A stretch of 64,000 nucleotides of DNA from an uncultured Candidatus Saccharibacteria bacterium (lineage in GTDB: Bacteria; Patescibacteriota; Minisyncoccia; Phycocordibacterales; CAZPGN01). Positions within the stretch are counted from its first letter, which is position 1. Each line of letters begins with the position of its first letter. The stretch covers positions 17,368 to 81,367 of the forward strand of contig CAZPGN010000002.1 of the NCBI GenBank assembly GCA_964586635.1. Direction: 5' to 3'. The translations under genes were made by a program, and so were the position numbers. Below are positions 39,402-48,586 of this stretch, in pieces. The notes beneath the pieces are model-generated. The model saw nothing but the letters and a program-made list of their open reading frames with translations, made no database searches and was not told where the DNA came from.

Positions 39402-41213
39402 CTATGCACCCTCGCGTTTCGGTAAAAATATTTTCCATACGCGATCTGTTTCGATATACCAATCGAAGATTCCACTGAATCGTTCAGAAGGCGTGGTTAC
39501 AGATGCAAGTTCTATCCCGCGAACATCATGCGGAAGGAGATAGAGGAAGTGCGGCGCATATAGGAATACGGCAGGGATGTCTTTTTCTATCTCTTTTTGA
39601 AAACGAGCATACTGTGCGACCCTCGCCTCGTTATTAGTTGCGCTTCGGGCATTCTCTAGCGCGCGATCGGCCGCAATATTGGTATAGAGCGCGACATTGA
39701 GGCCAGGGTCATTCCTCTGCGACGAATGCCAGAATGAGAATGGGTCAGGATCGCGGCCCACTATCTGGCCGAAAAAGAGCGCGTCATATTTTCGCGGACG
39801 AATGATGTTCTGATTCAAGTCGCCGATATCGAAATAATTGAGCGTAATGCGCGCGCCGAGTTTTTCCCATTCCGATTTGACGATTTCTGCCGCGCGCTTA
39901 AGTTCCGGGGTATTTGATGTCACGAGCGAAAAGGCAAGGCTCACATCTTTCTTATCTATCGTTCGGTGCATAATGCCGGTTTCAGCATCCGCGCTCCATC
40001 CCGCCCGTTCCAATACAAAGCGACCCGCCTCCTTGTGAGTTCTCCCGTTGAGTTCGGGTAAATCGGGGTTTTCTGCGCCGAGTGTTCCTGGAGGAAGTGG
40101 TCCAGAAATTGCAGTTCCATAACCGGAGAGCACTTCTAAGACGATCCGCTCACGGTTGACTCCTATCGACAAGGCTTCGCGTACTTCCTTGCGCGAAAAT
40201 AGCGGCTGCTGGTTTTGGTTGAAGAAGACGGCGAATACGCGCGGGAGGGCGATCTCCGTGGCATACACTGGAATGCCCATTTTGAGAAGTCCTGCTACTG
40301 TGTCAGCCTGAAGGGCATTCGCCGCCCCTATCTCGCCGCGCTCATATGCTTGCAAAAGGCGATCCTCGTTTGGAAAGAAGCGGATGACCACAGAAGAGAT
40401 ATATGGTTTTCCAAGAGCGAAATCAGAAAACGGTTTTAGCTCATAGTATTCGGGAATGCCTGATTTGTCTCGTTTTATCTTGGTGATACGGTATGGCCCG
40501 CTACCATACGGTTCAAGATTAAATTCACTGAACGAGAAAACTTCTGTCGGCACATTATTCCAAATATGCTTCGGTAGAATACCAAGAGTCGTATTTTCGA
40601 GGAACGATGAATACGGTTGCGTGAGCGTAAATTGGACGGTTTTTTCATCAACAGCAAATACTTCAACGCCCTCCCAGCTCCCTCGCTTCGGGCTCTTCAG
40701 TATTGGATTTTGCGCTTGATTGACGGTGTAGACGACATCATCTGCAGTGACAGGTTCGCCGTCGTGCCAGGTGAGTTCATCTCGAAGAACGAAGGTATAG
40801 GTACGGCCGTCATCGCTCGAGTTCATGGTCTTGGCGAGGTCTGGAATGAGTGAGCCATCGGCTCCGATTCGCATTAGTCCCGAATAGACGAGCGCAACGA
40901 GGTCGCGATCGCTGTCGCTTGTTGCAAGAAGTGGATTAATGAATCGAGGAGAGCCGATAACGCCCTCGATGAGCGTTCCCCCCGGAGCGGGTACTGCGGA
41001 AAGCAATGAATCGTTGATGTTGGCGAGGATACCAAGCGCGCTCACGGAGAGTATCACTGTAAACAAGGCTAGCAGTCCATGCTCCACGCGAGACATCTGC
41101 TTGACTGCAGAGACCAATTCTGCCGAGGTGGGCAAATCCTGATGCAAGAGGCGCGTGCGATCTCCTGGTAGATCGAATCTTTTTTTCAATACTGAAAGAA
41201 GGGAATTATTCAC
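39402..41213 (-). CDS. Peptide/nickel ABC substrate-binding protein (family 5), no adjacent permease
   Basis: PDLA, YTFVLR..WHDGEPVTADDV, GSGPY, VREALS. Confidence 0.88.
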   Translation of the reverse strand: MNNSLLSVLKKRFDLPGDRTRLLHQDLPTSAELVSAVKQMSRVEHGLLALFTVILSVSALGILANINDSLLSAVPAPGGTLIEGVIGSPRFINPLLATSDSDRDLVALVYSGLMRIGADGSLIPDLAKTMNSSDDGRTYTFVLRDELTWHDGEPVTADDVVYTVNQAQNPILKSPKRGSWEGVEVFAVDEKTVQFTLTQPYSSFLENTTLGILPKHIWNNVPTEVFSFSEFNLEPYGSGPYRITKIKRDKSGIPEYYELKPFSDFALGKPYISSVVIRFFPNEDRLLQAYERGEIGAANALQADTVAGLLKMGIPVYATEIALPRVFAVFFNQNQQPLFSRKEVREALSIGVNRERIVLEVLSGYGTAISGPLPPGTLGAENPDLPELNGRTHKEAGRFVLERAGWSADAETGIMHRTIDKKDVSLAFSLVTSNTPELKRAAEIVKSEWEKLGARITLNYFDIGDLNQNIIRPRKYDALFFGQIVGRDPDPFSFWHSSQRNDPGLNVALYTNIAADRALENARSATNNEARVAQYARFQKEIEKDIPAVFLYAPHFLYLLPHDVRGIELASVTTPSERFSGIFDWYIETDRVWKIFLPKREGA

Positions 41214-41242
41214 GATATGGTGTTTGAAAATGGAAGCGTTCG

Positions 41243-41473
41243 TTACGCAGGAAGGAGAAGCGAAATAATCGCTGCGACAACAAACAGTATGCTGACAAAC
41301 GCCGTCCCCCAGAAGAGATATTTTTCGAGGCCGCGCTTCTCGTACACAGCGCCACCCATTCCGCCAAAGGCATTCCCAAGACCGCCCTCGCTCTGTTGGA
41401 AGAGAATAAGGGTTGCCAGGATCACCGAGAGGACGATCTGGATGGTGGGCAATGAGTTACCGAGTTGCTCCAT
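41243..41473 (-). CDS. secG: Preprotein translocase subunit SecG
   Basis: LILFQQ..GLGNAFGG, KRGLEK, two TM helices. Confidence 0.9.
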   Translation of the reverse strand: MEQLGNSLPTIQIVLSVILATLILFQQSEGGLGNAFGGMGGAVYEKRGLEKYLFWGTAFVSILFVVAAIISLLLPA

Positions 41474-41510
41474 TTCGCGTCACTCTACCAGAGGCTCGTG
41501 AAATATGCAA

Positions 41511-41538
41511 GGATGAAGGGGTCAGGAGCCTTCATTTT
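41511..41538. repeat. 28-bp REP-like element, copy 1
   Basis: GGATGAAGGGGTCAGGAGCCTTCATTTT, identical to 59905-59932. Confidence 0.85.
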
Positions 41539-41569
41539 ATAGTAGCAAAATCGAATTCTTTGGGAAAGA

Positions 41570-41605
41570 CTCGCACTTGACCAAATGCTGTGCCATATAT
41601 ACAAT
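41570..41605 (+). promoter_or_regulatory. groESL promoter overlapped by a degenerate CIRCE-like operator
   Basis: TTGACC-17-TACAAT; CTCGCACTT-N9-CTGTGCCAT. Confidence 0.55.
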
Positions 41606-41644
41606 TCTGGGAACTTTACCAGTTAGCACAGCGTAATCGTACCT

Positions 41645-41962
41645 ATGGCAAAATCAGGAAAAACGCATATTCGACCGCTTGGTGATCGCGTGCTTGTGCG
41701 ACCACTCAGCGAAGTGGAGCGCGGTTCTCAAACGAAGGCTGGGATATTTATCCCCGATACGGCTGAATCGGAGAGGCCCGAACAAGGCACGGTCATCGCC
41801 GTTGGTCCTGGGAAAATGGGAGAAGACGGAAAGGCGCTTCCGATGCAAACGAAAACGGGACAAGTGGTATTGTTTACCAAGTACGGTCCTGACGAAATCA
41901 AAGTCGATGGCGAGCGATATCTGGTGGTAAGCGAGTCAAATATCCTCGCGGTTATTGAGTAA
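41645..41962 (+). CDS. groES: Co-chaperonin GroES
   Basis: IRPLGDRVLV, GIFIPDTA, VIAVGPG. Confidence 0.98.
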   Translation: MAKSGKTHIRPLGDRVLVRPLSEVERGSQTKAGIFIPDTAESERPEQGTVIAVGPGKMGEDGKALPMQTKTGQVVLFTKYGPDEIKVDGERYLVVSESNILAVIE

Positions 41963-41979
41963 TACCCTACAGAAAGATT

Positions 41980-43635
41980 ATGGCGAAACAAATTCTATTT
42001 AATGATGACGCGCGACAAGCGCTGAAGCGAGGGGTAGATACGGTCGCGGATGCCGTTCGTATTACGATAGGCCCGCGCGGGCGAAATGTTGTTTATGACA
42101 AAGGATACGGCGGTCCGACTATCACGAACGACGGAGTTTCTATCGCAAAGGAGATAACGCTCGCGGACAAAACTGAAAACCTCGGGGCAGAGATCATAAA
42201 AGAAGTTGCGGAAAAGACGAATGACGCCGCCGGAGACGGCACAACGACTTCCATTATCCTGATGCAAGCTATTGTGGCAGAGGGGATGAGGCGCATAGCC
42301 GCCGGACACAACCCGATGGGGTTGCGCCTTGGTATCGAACGAGCGGCGGCGGAGGTTATTTCCGCGCTTGGCGAAATGGCGACACCCATAAAAGGCAAGC
42401 AGGAGATCGCGCAGGTTGCGGCTATCTCCGCCGAATCAGACGAACTCGGCAAGATAATTAGTGATGCCATCGACAAAGTCGGCAAGGATGGCGTTGTTAC
42501 AGTCGAAGAATCTCAGTCGTTCAGCGTTGAATCGGAGGTCGTCGAGGGCATGCAGTTTGATAAAGGGTATGTTTCTCCTTACATGGTTACGAATCCGGAG
42601 CGAATGGAGGCTGAATATCAAGACCCATACATTCTTATCACAGACCGCAAGGTCTCATCCATCAAAGATATTTTGCCGCTTCTCGAAAAACTCGCTCAAT
42701 CTGGCAAGAAAGAACTCGTGATCATCGCCGATGATGTGGACGGAGAAGCGCTCCCGACTTTGGTGCTCAATAAGATTCGCGGCGCGTTTAACACCCTTGC
42801 TATAAAAGCCCCTGGTTATGGCGACAGAAAGAAAGAGATGCTCGAAGATATTGCGGTACTGACAGGCGGGCGCGTTATTTCCGAAGATGTTGGGCTTAAA
42901 CTTGAGGGCATTGAAGTTTCAATGTTGGGTCGCGCACGACGAGTTACTTCTGGCAAGGATGCCACTACTGTCGTCGGTGGAAAAGGCCGCAAGGATGCCA
43001 TTGAAGCCCGTGTTCAGCAAATACGCCGCGCCCTCGAAACGACCACCTCGTCGTTTGATAAAGACAAGCTCAAAGAACGACTTGCGAAGCTTTCGAGCGG
43101 AGTCGCGGTTATTCGCGTTGGCGCCGCTACTGAAACGGAGATGAAATACAAGAAATTGAAGATCGAGGATGCGGCGGAAGCAACCAAAGCCGCAATTGCT
43201 GAAGGCATCGTGCCGGGCGGCGGCACTGCTCTGCTTCGCGCGGGACAAACTGTTGCAAAGAAAAAAATGAATCCTCCCTCGACAGATATTAAAAACGAAT
43301 TTCAAGCTGGCGTTGAAGTGCTCTTGGGAGCCCTTGCTTCCCCTCTTCGTCAAATCGCCGTTAATGCTGGCAAGGGCGACGGCTCGCTCATCGTGGACAA
43401 GGTGGAGGGCGCGTCCGCAAAGGCCGGCTATAATGCCCAAGCAGATCAAGTTGTGCCAGATATGATCGCCGCCGGTATCATTGATCCGGTCAAGGTTACG
43501 CGAACATCGCTTCAAAACGCCGCATCAGCCGCGGGAATATTGCTTACCACTGATGTTGCGATTACGGAAGCCCCGAAGAAAGAAGAGTCCCTACCACACC
43601 CGGGCGGAATGCCGGGCGGCGGAATGGATTTCTAA
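41980..43635 (+). CDS. groEL: Chaperonin GroEL
   Basis: TNDGVSIAKEI, AGDGTTT, GMQFDKGY, GGM tail. Confidence 0.99.
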   Translation: MAKQILFNDDARQALKRGVDTVADAVRITIGPRGRNVVYDKGYGGPTITNDGVSIAKEITLADKTENLGAEIIKEVAEKTNDAAGDGTTTSIILMQAIVAEGMRRIAAGHNPMGLRLGIERAAAEVISALGEMATPIKGKQEIAQVAAISAESDELGKIISDAIDKVGKDGVVTVEESQSFSVESEVVEGMQFDKGYVSPYMVTNPERMEAEYQDPYILITDRKVSSIKDILPLLEKLAQSGKKELVIIADDVDGEALPTLVLNKIRGAFNTLAIKAPGYGDRKKEMLEDIAVLTGGRVISEDVGLKLEGIEVSMLGRARRVTSGKDATTVVGGKGRKDAIEARVQQIRRALETTTSSFDKDKLKERLAKLSSGVAVIRVGAATETEMKYKKLKIEDAAEATKAAIAEGIVPGGGTALLRAGQTVAKKKMNPPSTDIKNEFQAGVEVLLGALASPLRQIAVNAGKGDGSLIVDKVEGASAKAGYNAQADQVVPDMIAAGIIDPVKVTRTSLQNAASAAGILLTTDVAITEAPKKEESLPHPGGMPGGGMDF

Positions 43636-43646
43636 GGAATCTCTAG

Positions 43647-43697
43647 ACAAAACAAAACCCCCTTTTCGGAAGACCCGAAAAGGGGGTTTTGTTTTGT
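43647..43697. terminator. groEL terminator
   Basis: ACAAAACAAAACCCCCTTTTCGG / CCGAAAAGGGGGTTTTGTTTTGT. Confidence 0.85.
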
Positions 43698-43945
43698 TAT
43701 CCACATTTCGCTTGACAATGTAAATACTGCTCTGGTAACATCTGCGGGCTGTGCGGGAACGCGCAGTAGTTTTTTTAGGCAGTTCTTTCAAAATCGAGTT
43801 CAAGCGCAGTACTGGACTGGCGCAGTCCGTTGTGTTCGTGTCGAGAAGACGCGCGCATAACGGACTGCGCCACCACGCGCATTCCAAGGGGGAGTTACAC
43901 AAACTCGATCGTGCACGCGCGATCGAAAAACTTCAAGGAGCTTTC

Positions 43946-44758
43946 GTGAGGAACAAGAACCAGAACCGGCAGAACCACAAGTCCTCGAACCAGAACCAGC
44001 GTCAGAATCGACACCGGAACGGAAACCAGAACGAGGGACAGGAGAACCAGAACCGTCAGGCCAAGACGCAGGAGAGACAGGAACGCAACTCCGCGGGCCA
44101 GCGGAGAAACAAGCGCAACGAGCCGACCGTCCGAAGCCAGCTCGCACCGAGGGATCAGGCGACAGAGATCACACACAAGATCTCGGTTGCGGGACTCGCA
44201 AAGGGCCTGCGTGCAATCGCGCATCTCGTGACCAAGGCGCTCGACATGACGGCGAAGGTGTGCGGACTCGGGAGGATCGGCGGACTCGCCACGACGAAGA
44301 GCGATGACGAGGAGTCGAAGCTCTCCATCACCGTGCGACCCACGCCGCAACACGCGGCGAATGGCCAGGGGGGCTACACCAAGAAGGTCGCCGCTCGGAA
44401 GCCGAATCTGTTCACCTTCCTCGGGAAGGACGAACAGAACAATTGGACTGCAACGCTAGACACACGGTTCTCGGACCTGAACGATCCCTGGGTGGCGGTC
44501 ACGCTCTTCAAGCTGACAGAGCTGATGGAGCGCAAGATGACTGACGGAATGCTCGTGGGAGCTCTCACGCTCCCCGGGTCGGAGAAGACCTCATACCAGA
44601 GTGTCATGCTCACGAGGGAGGTTCTCCGTGTGATCGGGAAGGCAATCGCCGAGAACGCAACTCCCGAGAACTTCCGCGAGACGCTCGCGCGAACAACCAT
44701 GATCGCACAGGTCGCGGGCACCAGGACGCAGAGTCAGGCGACTCTCGCCCAGGCCTGA
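43946..44758 (+). CDS. Hypothetical protein with N/Q/R-rich low-complexity N-terminus
   Basis: AAGGAG SD before GTG 43946; strong codon bias; followed by a terminator. Confidence 0.75.
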   Translation: MRNKNQNRQNHKSSNQNQRQNRHRNGNQNEGQENQNRQAKTQERQERNSAGQRRNKRNEPTVRSQLAPRDQATEITHKISVAGLAKGLRAIAHLVTKALDMTAKVCGLGRIGGLATTKSDDEESKLSITVRPTPQHAANGQGGYTKKVAARKPNLFTFLGKDEQNNWTATLDTRFSDLNDPWVAVTLFKLTELMERKMTDGMLVGALTLPGSEKTSYQSVMLTREVLRVIGKAIAENATPENFRETLARTTMIAQVAGTRTQSQATLAQA

Positions 44759-44804
44759 ACTGAACGAACTCGATGTGCGTGCGCTCTGCGCGCGCACCCC
44801 ACAC

Positions 44805-44836
44805 GGCCCCGATTCGACGCAAGTCGAATCGGGGCC
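44805..44836 (+). terminator. Intrinsic terminator (14-bp stem, GCAA loop)
   Basis: GGCCCCGATTCGAC-GCAA-GTCGAATCGGGGCC-TTTCTTTTT. Confidence 0.85.
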
Positions 44837-44841
44837 TTTCT

Positions 44842-44926
44842 TTTTCCACAGATTATCCACGCTAGTATCCACCACTTTTCCACATATCCACCGAAATATT
44901 GACAGTTTATTATGCACTGTTATGAT
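44842..44926 (+). promoter_or_regulatory. Five DnaA-box-like 9-mers followed by a promoter
   Basis: TTTTCCACA, TTATCCACG, GTATCCACC, TTTTCCACA, ATATCCACC, then TTGACA-16-TATGAT. Confidence 0.6.
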
Positions 44927-45015
44927 GGCGTGCTGCAGAAAGGTCTGCGGCTGGCGCTTAACTTGGCGTTGAGGGCCACAGTTCTTAACAGCAGTACGGA
45001 CAAAGGGGTATCAGA

Positions 45016-45198
45016 ATGAGGAGATATGCCTCCCAGACTCGGCACCGAAGAAGCGAGAAGAAGATACGGAAGATCGAGGTGCAAGCGGAACGGGCCATCG
45101 TGGCGCCCGTCCGCGACGAGTCGGGGATGTATGAGGTAGAGGTCAGGAACGGCACTGCCGAGAACATTCGGCAACGCGGGGTCATTGACCTCGAGTGA
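45016..45198 (+). CDS. Small hypothetical protein, 60 aa
   Basis: Own promoter, AAGGGG upstream, terminator at 45216-45242. Confidence 0.6.
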   Translation: MRRYASQTRHRRSEKKIRKIEVQAERAIVAPVRDESGMYEVEVRNGTAENIRQRGVIDLE

Positions 45199-45255
45199 TT
45201 CTCATCGTCCTGCCCAGACCGCTTTTCACAGAAAAGCGGTCTTTAATTTCCAAAG

Positions 45256-45300
45256 TTTTCAAGGTTCAACCTAGGTTCAACCCAGGTTGAACCTTGAAAA
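45256..45300. repeat. Tandem/inverted AGGTTCAACC(T) REP-like cluster
   Basis: TTTTCAAGGTTCAACCT-AGGTTCAACCC-AGGTTGAACCTTGAAAA. Confidence 0.75.
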
Positions 45301-45351
45301 GGAAAAACCGAAGCGGTGAGCTTCGGCGTTATATCGGATATTGCATTTATC

Positions 45352-46233
45352 CTAGAGTGCCCGGGGATTAGATTTATTGTCGCGCGGCGCCAGGGCGCGT
45401 AACAATTCGTATCCCTTTGGGGTAATGTAATATAGGGAAAATGGACCGCTTCGGTGCGCGCGATAATACTTATCTTGCGTACCGAGTTTTTGAAATCGGA
45501 GCTTGGACATGTTGCTTTCTTCCGGGACATGCTCATGTATTGATTCGAGAGCAAGTCCAGGATCGAAGTCTCCATTTTTCCTTGCGATTTTTTGAATTGC
45601 GCACAGTATCCGGTACATCCGTCCCTGTTTCTTTCGGGCCTGGTGGAGTCCGTTTGAAGGCGGCTGTGCCAATATCTGCCTGCGCAGTTCATCCTGCTCC
45701 TGCAGGATCACCTGAACGGTTGCCTCCCGAATCGACTCTATGGTGCGGATGTTGGTTTGCATTCTTTCCTGCCACTCCTTGAGCGCCGCCAGTTGTTTTC
45801 GCGGCGATGGATTATTGCTTAGCAAGAGCATTTCTGGCTTGAGTTCGAAATCATGAGATTCAGCAACTTCTTCCGGAGAGTGTCCATCTGCCGCGTCCTC
45901 GAAGACCGCAAGAGCCAACTCAAGTCGCTTCAAGAAGCGATCGGGCTTCATATTCTCTGGAGGCGCGAGGTAGGTTGCATAACAGAGATCATCAATGTAT
46001 ATGAGAATATATACACAGAGAGGTCCTCCGGGCACGGGCGCTCTGCGTTGTTCCGAGACGCGTATTCCCGATATGCCCGAGACATGTTCGCCTCGATATG
46101 GCGCACCATCATGCACGAACAGCGTACACTCGAAGCGCGAACAGCGCGCATAACAAAGAAGTTCGGCGAGCTTCTCTCGGAGAGAATCCGAGACAGGCTC
46201 TACACCAAGGGGGACCATTTTGAGCAATGTCAC
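45352..46233 (-). CDS. Hypothetical protein, coiled coil and possible C-terminal winged helix
   Basis: 293-aa ORF with GGAGG SD; ends in YYITPKGYELL. Confidence 0.65.
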   Translation of the reverse strand: MTLLKMVPLGVEPVSDSLREKLAELLCYARCSRFECTLFVHDGAPYRGEHVSGISGIRVSEQRRAPVPGGPLCVYILIYIDDLCYATYLAPPENMKPDRFLKRLELALAVFEDAADGHSPEEVAESHDFELKPEMLLLSNNPSPRKQLAALKEWQERMQTNIRTIESIREATVQVILQEQDELRRQILAQPPSNGLHQARKKQGRMYRILCAIQKIARKNGDFDPGLALESIHEHVPEESNMSKLRFQKLGTQDKYYRAHRSGPFSLYYITPKGYELLRALAPRDNKSNPRAL

Positions 46234-46473
46234 GAGTTTCCTCCATTCTTTTCAAGAAACCATGTTCGTTGCGATACTGCCACGATGTGGAATCGTCTGT
46301 CAACGCCCCGTGGTAAAGATCCACCAGCTTGGAATCATGGACTATTGACAAAGTATTTCCAATAATTTAGGATTTTGCGCATATTGTTCTTTTCGCGCGC
46401 AATATATAAAAACGGCAAACTCTCCTGTTGCGGGTATTAATGAGAAGTATCGTGTATCGTTTAGGAGAGTAAG

Positions 46474-46917
46474 ATGAAAGGTAAGCGTAAGTGGGTCCTG
46501 GCCGCAAAAATGGAAGACGCGACAAGGCTGGAGGAAGTACTTTCCGCCTTCGCGATGCTTCCAGATGCGGATGTTCGCCTCGTGATCATGAATTGCGTAG
46601 GCGTACAAATTGACATGCGCTGGACATGGGAAACCGTGGACTGCGCAGAAGAAATAATCGAATCGGACCCTCTAATAGGGGCCAGATTCGAAGTCGAATA
46701 CCAGGACCAGAGGATCAAGATCGCCAATTCGGAAGAGGCGATCTTGCTCGAGGAGGAGGGGTACACACCGCTCGATATCGACGATCTCGAGAAGATCGTT
46801 GCATCGAGAGGGGAAGCCCTCCCCCCGGTGTTTGAGTTTCCGACACCGGAGTATGTTCTTGAGTCCCGTAGGGGAAAGAGCGGGGAATTAATTCCTGCCT
46901 TCCTCTACATCGTCTGA
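46474..46917 (+). CDS. Acidic hypothetical protein
   Basis: AGGAG SD; TTGACA-17-TAGGAT at 46345-46373. Confidence 0.7.
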   Translation: MKGKRKWVLAAKMEDATRLEEVLSAFAMLPDADVRLVIMNCVGVQIDMRWTWETVDCAEEIIESDPLIGARFEVEYQDQRIKIANSEEAILLEEEGYTPLDIDDLEKIVASRGEALPPVFEFPTPEYVLESRRGKSGELIPAFLYIV

Positions 46918-46986
46918 CTGACGGCCAATACAAAAAAGCCGTAATTGCGCGCGCAAGAAGCCGCCCGACTCTCGGAGGAGGGCGGC

Positions 46987-47015
46987 TTTACAATTTATGG
47001 GTCGCTTGGTAGTAT
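46987..47015 (+). promoter_or_regulatory. Promoter for the detached rpsN-secY unit
   Basis: TTTACA-17-TAGTAT. Confidence 0.55.
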
Positions 47016-47050
47016 GGCGCCAAGCTCGACGAGAGCTTTTTATTGTCGCT

Positions 47051-47236
47051 ATGGCGAAAACTTCGGTAAAGGTTCGCGCGCTCAAATCTCCAAAATACAA
47101 GAGCCGTGTCGTGCGGCGCTGTTTCCGTTGCGGGCGCAAACGCTCATACATGCGTACATTCGATTTGTGCCGCATTTGTTTCCGAGAGCTTGCAAACGAA
47201 GGCAAGGTTCCTGGCGTGAAAAAGTCCTCGTGGTAA
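47051..47236 (+). CDS. rpsN: 30S ribosomal protein S14 (zinc type)
   Basis: RCFRCGR..LCRICFRE, PGVKKSSW; start ATG 47051. Confidence 0.97.
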   Translation: MAKTSVKVRALKSPKYKSRVVRRCFRCGRKRSYMRTFDLCRICFRELANEGKVPGVKKSSW

Positions 47237-47650
47237 ATGAACATGGATCCGATCGCAGACATGATAATTCGAATAAAGAATGCGGGTATGGCTGGCAAGC
47301 CGACAGCGCTCGTTCCCTATTCGGAGCTGAATTTTCGTATTGCCGAAATCCTCGCGCGAGAAGGATATATTCAATCGGTCGCGCGCCGAGGCAAAAAGAT
47401 GAAGCGCTCGCTCGAGATAGAGCTTGCGTACGAAGCATTTGGCGCCGCGGCGCGCGACCGACGACATAAGATTACAAATGTACGCCGCGTATCGCACGTG
47501 TCGCATCGCATGTATCGCGGATATTCGGCGCTGAAACACGTTCGCCAAGGCTCTGGAATTTCCATAGTTTCAACCCCAAAAGGGCTTCTGACTGATACGG
47601 AAGCGCGAAAGGCAAAGGTCGGGGGCGAAGTGCTAATCGAGGTTTGGTAG
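47237..47650 (+). CDS. rpsH: 30S ribosomal protein S8
   Basis: DPIADMIIRIKNA, STPKGL, GGEV. Confidence 0.97.
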   Translation: MNMDPIADMIIRIKNAGMAGKPTALVPYSELNFRIAEILAREGYIQSVARRGKKMKRSLEIELAYEAFGAAARDRRHKITNVRRVSHVSHRMYRGYSALKHVRQGSGISIVSTPKGLLTDTEARKAKVGGEVLIEVW

Positions 47651-47661
47651 AAATTTTTATC

Positions 47662-48198
47662 ATGTCACGCATCGGCAAAAAACCAATTACCATACCGAGC
47701 GGTGTTACTGTCACAAAAGACGGCAGGACGCTCGCGATTAGCGGTCCGCGAGGCGTACTCGCGAGAGACTTTCGCGACGACATAGAAATCTCTATCGATG
47801 GAGGGGAAGTGAAGACCGCTCCGATTGCGGATTCGCCGTTCACGCGGGCTCTCTGGGGTACCTATGCTTCACATATCGGAAATATGCTTGCGGGAGTGAC
47901 GCAGGGATTCAAGAAGGTTCTGATTCTTGAAGGGGTTGGTTATCGCGCTGAAGTGCAGGGAACAAATCTAAAAATGGCTCTCGGTTTTTCGCATCCAGTT
48001 GTGTTGTCGATACCGAAGGGTATCACAGTGTCCGCAGAAAAAAATGTGTTGACTATCGAGGGAAACAACAAAGAAGAAGTCGGGGCATTTGCCGGAACGA
48101 TATATCATTTTAAGAAGTATGAGCCGTATAAAGGAAAGGGTTTCCATTATGAAGGACAGACCCTATACCGCAAGCAAGGCAAGAAAACTGCCGCATAA
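47662..48198 (+). CDS. rplF: 50S ribosomal protein L6
   Basis: MSRIGKKPI, GVGYRA, EPYKGKG. Confidence 0.98.
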   Translation: MSRIGKKPITIPSGVTVTKDGRTLAISGPRGVLARDFRDDIEISIDGGEVKTAPIADSPFTRALWGTYASHIGNMLAGVTQGFKKVLILEGVGYRAEVQGTNLKMALGFSHPVVLSIPKGITVSAEKNVLTIEGNNKEEVGAFAGTIYHFKKYEPYKGKGFHYEGQTLYRKQGKKTAA

Positions 48199-48205
48199 GT
48201 AATAT

Positions 48206-48586
48206 ATGTCCACATATCACATGGGTACATCGAGAATAGAAGCCCGTTCGCGCCGACACCGTCGCGTGCGCGCGAAGGTTGCAGGAACAGCCGCTCGCCC
48301 GCGCCTTTCGGTGTATCGGTCAAATCGAGATATGTCGGCACAACTCATTGATGATACGCGGGGTGTAACATTGGCATCAGCTAATAGCGTTGCGGTAGAA
48401 AAGACTATTGCAAAAGCGGCGAGAATAACAAAGACTGATAGCGCGCGGGCTATCGGGATGGCTATCGCCAAAGCCGGCAAGACGAAAGGAATATCGAATG
48501 TAGTTTTCGATCGGGGAGGGTATCGGTATATTGGGCGAGTTCAGGCGCTCGCGGAAGGCGCGCGTGAGGGGGGTCTCGTTTTTTAA
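48206..48586 (+). CDS. rplR: 50S ribosomal protein L18
   Basis: [17 protein letters not shown]. Confidence 0.97.
   Translation: MSTYHMGTSRIEARSRRHRRVRAKVAGTAARPRLSVYRSNRDMSAQLIDDTRGVTLASANSVAVEKTIAKAARITKTDSARAIGMAIAKAGKTKGISNVVFDRGGYRYIGRVQALAEGAREGGLVF

Noticed and set aside
44842-44892. oriC
   Set aside because: No dnaA/dnaN nearby, no clear AT-rich unwinding element, and the boxes abut a promoter. GC-skew analysis would be needed to exclude it fully.
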